In this document: piece after piece, positions 62,352 to 64,000 of the stretch
Position numbering within the stretch: the first letter of the stretch is position 1
Layout: every line of letters begins with the position of its first letter
NCBI GenBank assembly: GCA_963788655.1
Contig: CAWBHS010000064.1
Location: 8,982-72,981 of the forward strand
Length of the DNA: 64,000 nt
Reading direction: 5' to 3'
Origin: an uncultured Verrucomicrobiae bacterium
GTDB lineage: Bacteria > Verrucomicrobiota > Verrucomicrobiia > Limisphaerales > JAFGQR01
Notes under the pieces: model-generated
Seen by the model: the letters and a program-made list of their open reading frames with translations, nothing else
What the model was told of the DNA's origin: nothing
The model's database searches: none
Position numbers and translations under genes: made by a program

Positions 62352-64000
62352 ATCCTGATTTACCCTCATCGCCTCGCGAGGAATTGGAAGCGCGTCTGAC
62401 CGCGCTCCTGCTGGGCGAACTGAATGCCACGGAAGCAGCGGAAGTGCGCCAGGCCATCGAAAACGATCCCGAACTGGCCCGCCTCCACGAACGGCTCAAG
62501 CAAACCATCGGCCTATTGCGCGAAGCCGCCGCCAGCACCGAAGAACCCGCCGCGGAACCGCACGCCCCGCTGCAATTGTCGGCTGCGAAACGTCAGCAGT
62601 TGCTCACACAATTCAAGACTCCGGCGGATCAGCCACAGCGCGAGCCAGCGCGGCGCCGAAGTCGTTGGTACATTCCGGCGAGCATTGCGGCGATCCTCGT
62701 CGCCATGTTGGCGATTGCGTCGCTAATGGTGTCCAATTCGCGCATGGCCATATTCGGGCGAGCGAAGCTCACGTCGGCAACGGCGACCGGAGAGTCAGGA
62801 GCAGACTTGCGAATGCCTGATCTACGGGGGATAAACTGCGGACGGTCGCTGCAAATTCGCCAAGCCAGCCCGCGGAGGCTCCAGTTGAATTGGCTCTTCG
62901 CGACAAATCCGTCCACTGGCGGTGGTCTCACCGTCGAGAAATATCTGAAGGAAACCGCCTCTGCCGCCGCGGCTACCCGTCCTGCTGAGGCTGAAAACAA
63001 TGTCTATTTGCCAACTGGTGAAGGGGAAGATTCGGAGGAAGGCGTTGCCTTGCATCCCCAGCGCCTGACCAACATTCCCGGCAGCACTCCGCCGGCGGGC
63101 GACGCTGGCGGCGCGCCCCAAATCGCGGACGCCGGCGATACGCCTGGACATAACTGGTATTCTGGTCTGACTCGCGACGATGCCGGCGGCCTCAAGATAT
63201 CTCAAAGGCGTTGCCCCCCAAGACGGTCGCGCGAATGCACCTGCTCCCGCCAAGCCGGAACCCGCGACGAAACTTCCGCAGTTGGCGGCGGGCACCCGGG
63301 GCACCGAGTTCTTGAGTTTCGTCCTGGAGTTACAATGGCGACCAATCCGGGCGAGCTGGCCTGCCCATCCAATTACCCACGCCTACCCTCAAGGGCAGTC
63401 CGGACGAGTTGCCCAAAGGTCCCAACATCGAGCCCATTGAGGAAACCATGAAGGCCGGCGCCTACTGGGCACGGGGCAAACCTGCCGCCGACACTTGGGC
63501 CGAGCAGACTGCCTCGAGAGCAACCAGCGAACGCCTGAGCGAATCTCGCCGAGGTGAAGGGCCAGTTAACGCCGTCCAATTCAGCGCGGATGGGTTACAG
63601 ACCGCGACAGCATCTAAAGACCAAACTGCTCAAGTCTGGGACTTGGAAGGCGGCAAACCGCTGGGCCAGTTGCAAGCATCAGCGCAAAGAGCGCCCGCAG
63701 TCACACCTCCACCCGCACCTCCACGACCAGCGGTGGCCACGGCTCCTGTGGTTATCAACGAAATCATGCATCACCCGGCGGAGATCCCACCGGCAGCGCC
63801 ACCACCAACGTTTGCCCCTCCACCCGCGACGCTTGGCGATGTGGTAGAAGGCCGGAAGGGATTCATGTGGGGGTCGTTTGACGGATCGACAAGTAGTCCT
63901 GTCGTGCTGCCAACTTCTCCGGGAACCACCGCAACGGCGGCGGGAAACAATCTCGCGCATTTTAGATTCTTCGATGATAATTTCGAAGTCTCGGCGGCCG
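62348..64000 (+). CDS. Putative membrane-anchored anti-sigma factor with a long Pro/Ala-rich extracytoplasmic region containing a mosaic of motif fragments; partial, frameshifts ~63195 and ~63313
   Basis: N-terminus EELEARLTALLLGELNATEAAEVRQAIENDPEL (anti-sigma-domain-like); transmembrane segment WYIPASIAAILVAMLAIASLMV; translationally coupled to the ECF gene; an open frame runs from 63316 to the window end. Confidence 0.75.

Noticed and set aside
7887..63313. Many split genes suggesting pseudogenisation or programmed frameshifting
   Set aside because: About a dozen single-base shifts hit unrelated genes, often in short homopolymers, with otherwise intact motifs. Sequencing error is the simplest explanation.
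62850..64000. Anti-sigma motif mosaic as a CRISPR-like or DGR-like DNA capture array
   Set aside because: No repeated DNA flanks, reverse transcriptase or integrase seen, and matches to the donor gene are diverged at synonymous sites.
1..64000. rRNA, tRNA, IS, integrase or prophage genes
   Set aside because: None recognised in the window.

Overview
GC-rich bacterial window. The gene content suggests Verrucomicrobia, Pedosphaera/Limisphaera-like (inference). About a dozen single-base frameshifts, several in homopolymers, look like long-read errors, so several ORF-track entries are halves of one gene. (1) 1-41025, minus strand: a >41 kb run of six co-directional genes for large Sec-exported proteins. 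These are an M36 metallopeptidase (>2500 aa, runs off the window and is absent from the ORF track), two paralogous Calx-beta/delta-60 giants (~5100 and ~3070 aa), a ~1000-aa protein, a matrixin-like pseudo-protease and a 640-aa repeat protein. Four of them end in the same ~70-aa C-terminal module (W..Y.L/VE.S.DL..W...F/YYRV). (2) 41.5-49.2 kb: a standalone 5'-3' exonuclease and an Amuc_1098-1101-like PilM/N, PilO-like and secretin cassette; the secretin carries a Gly/Tyr low-complexity insert. (3) 49.3-58.8 kb: exopolysaccharide and exosortase genes separated by REP-like palindromes. (4) 59-64 kb: an ECF sigma plus Ser/Thr kinase pair and a divergent ECF sigma plus anti-sigma pair. The most unusual signal is the anti-sigma (62348->64000). 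Its extracytoplasmic Pro/Ala-rich region is a mosaic of short motif fragments from unrelated proteins. Two of them match conserved-looking peptides of the pseudo-protease 25 kb away, at protein level but not at synonymous sites. Others resemble one isolated WD40 blade, a lamin-tail start and a FecR motif. This is a candidate 'peptide bait/mimic array' sensor.
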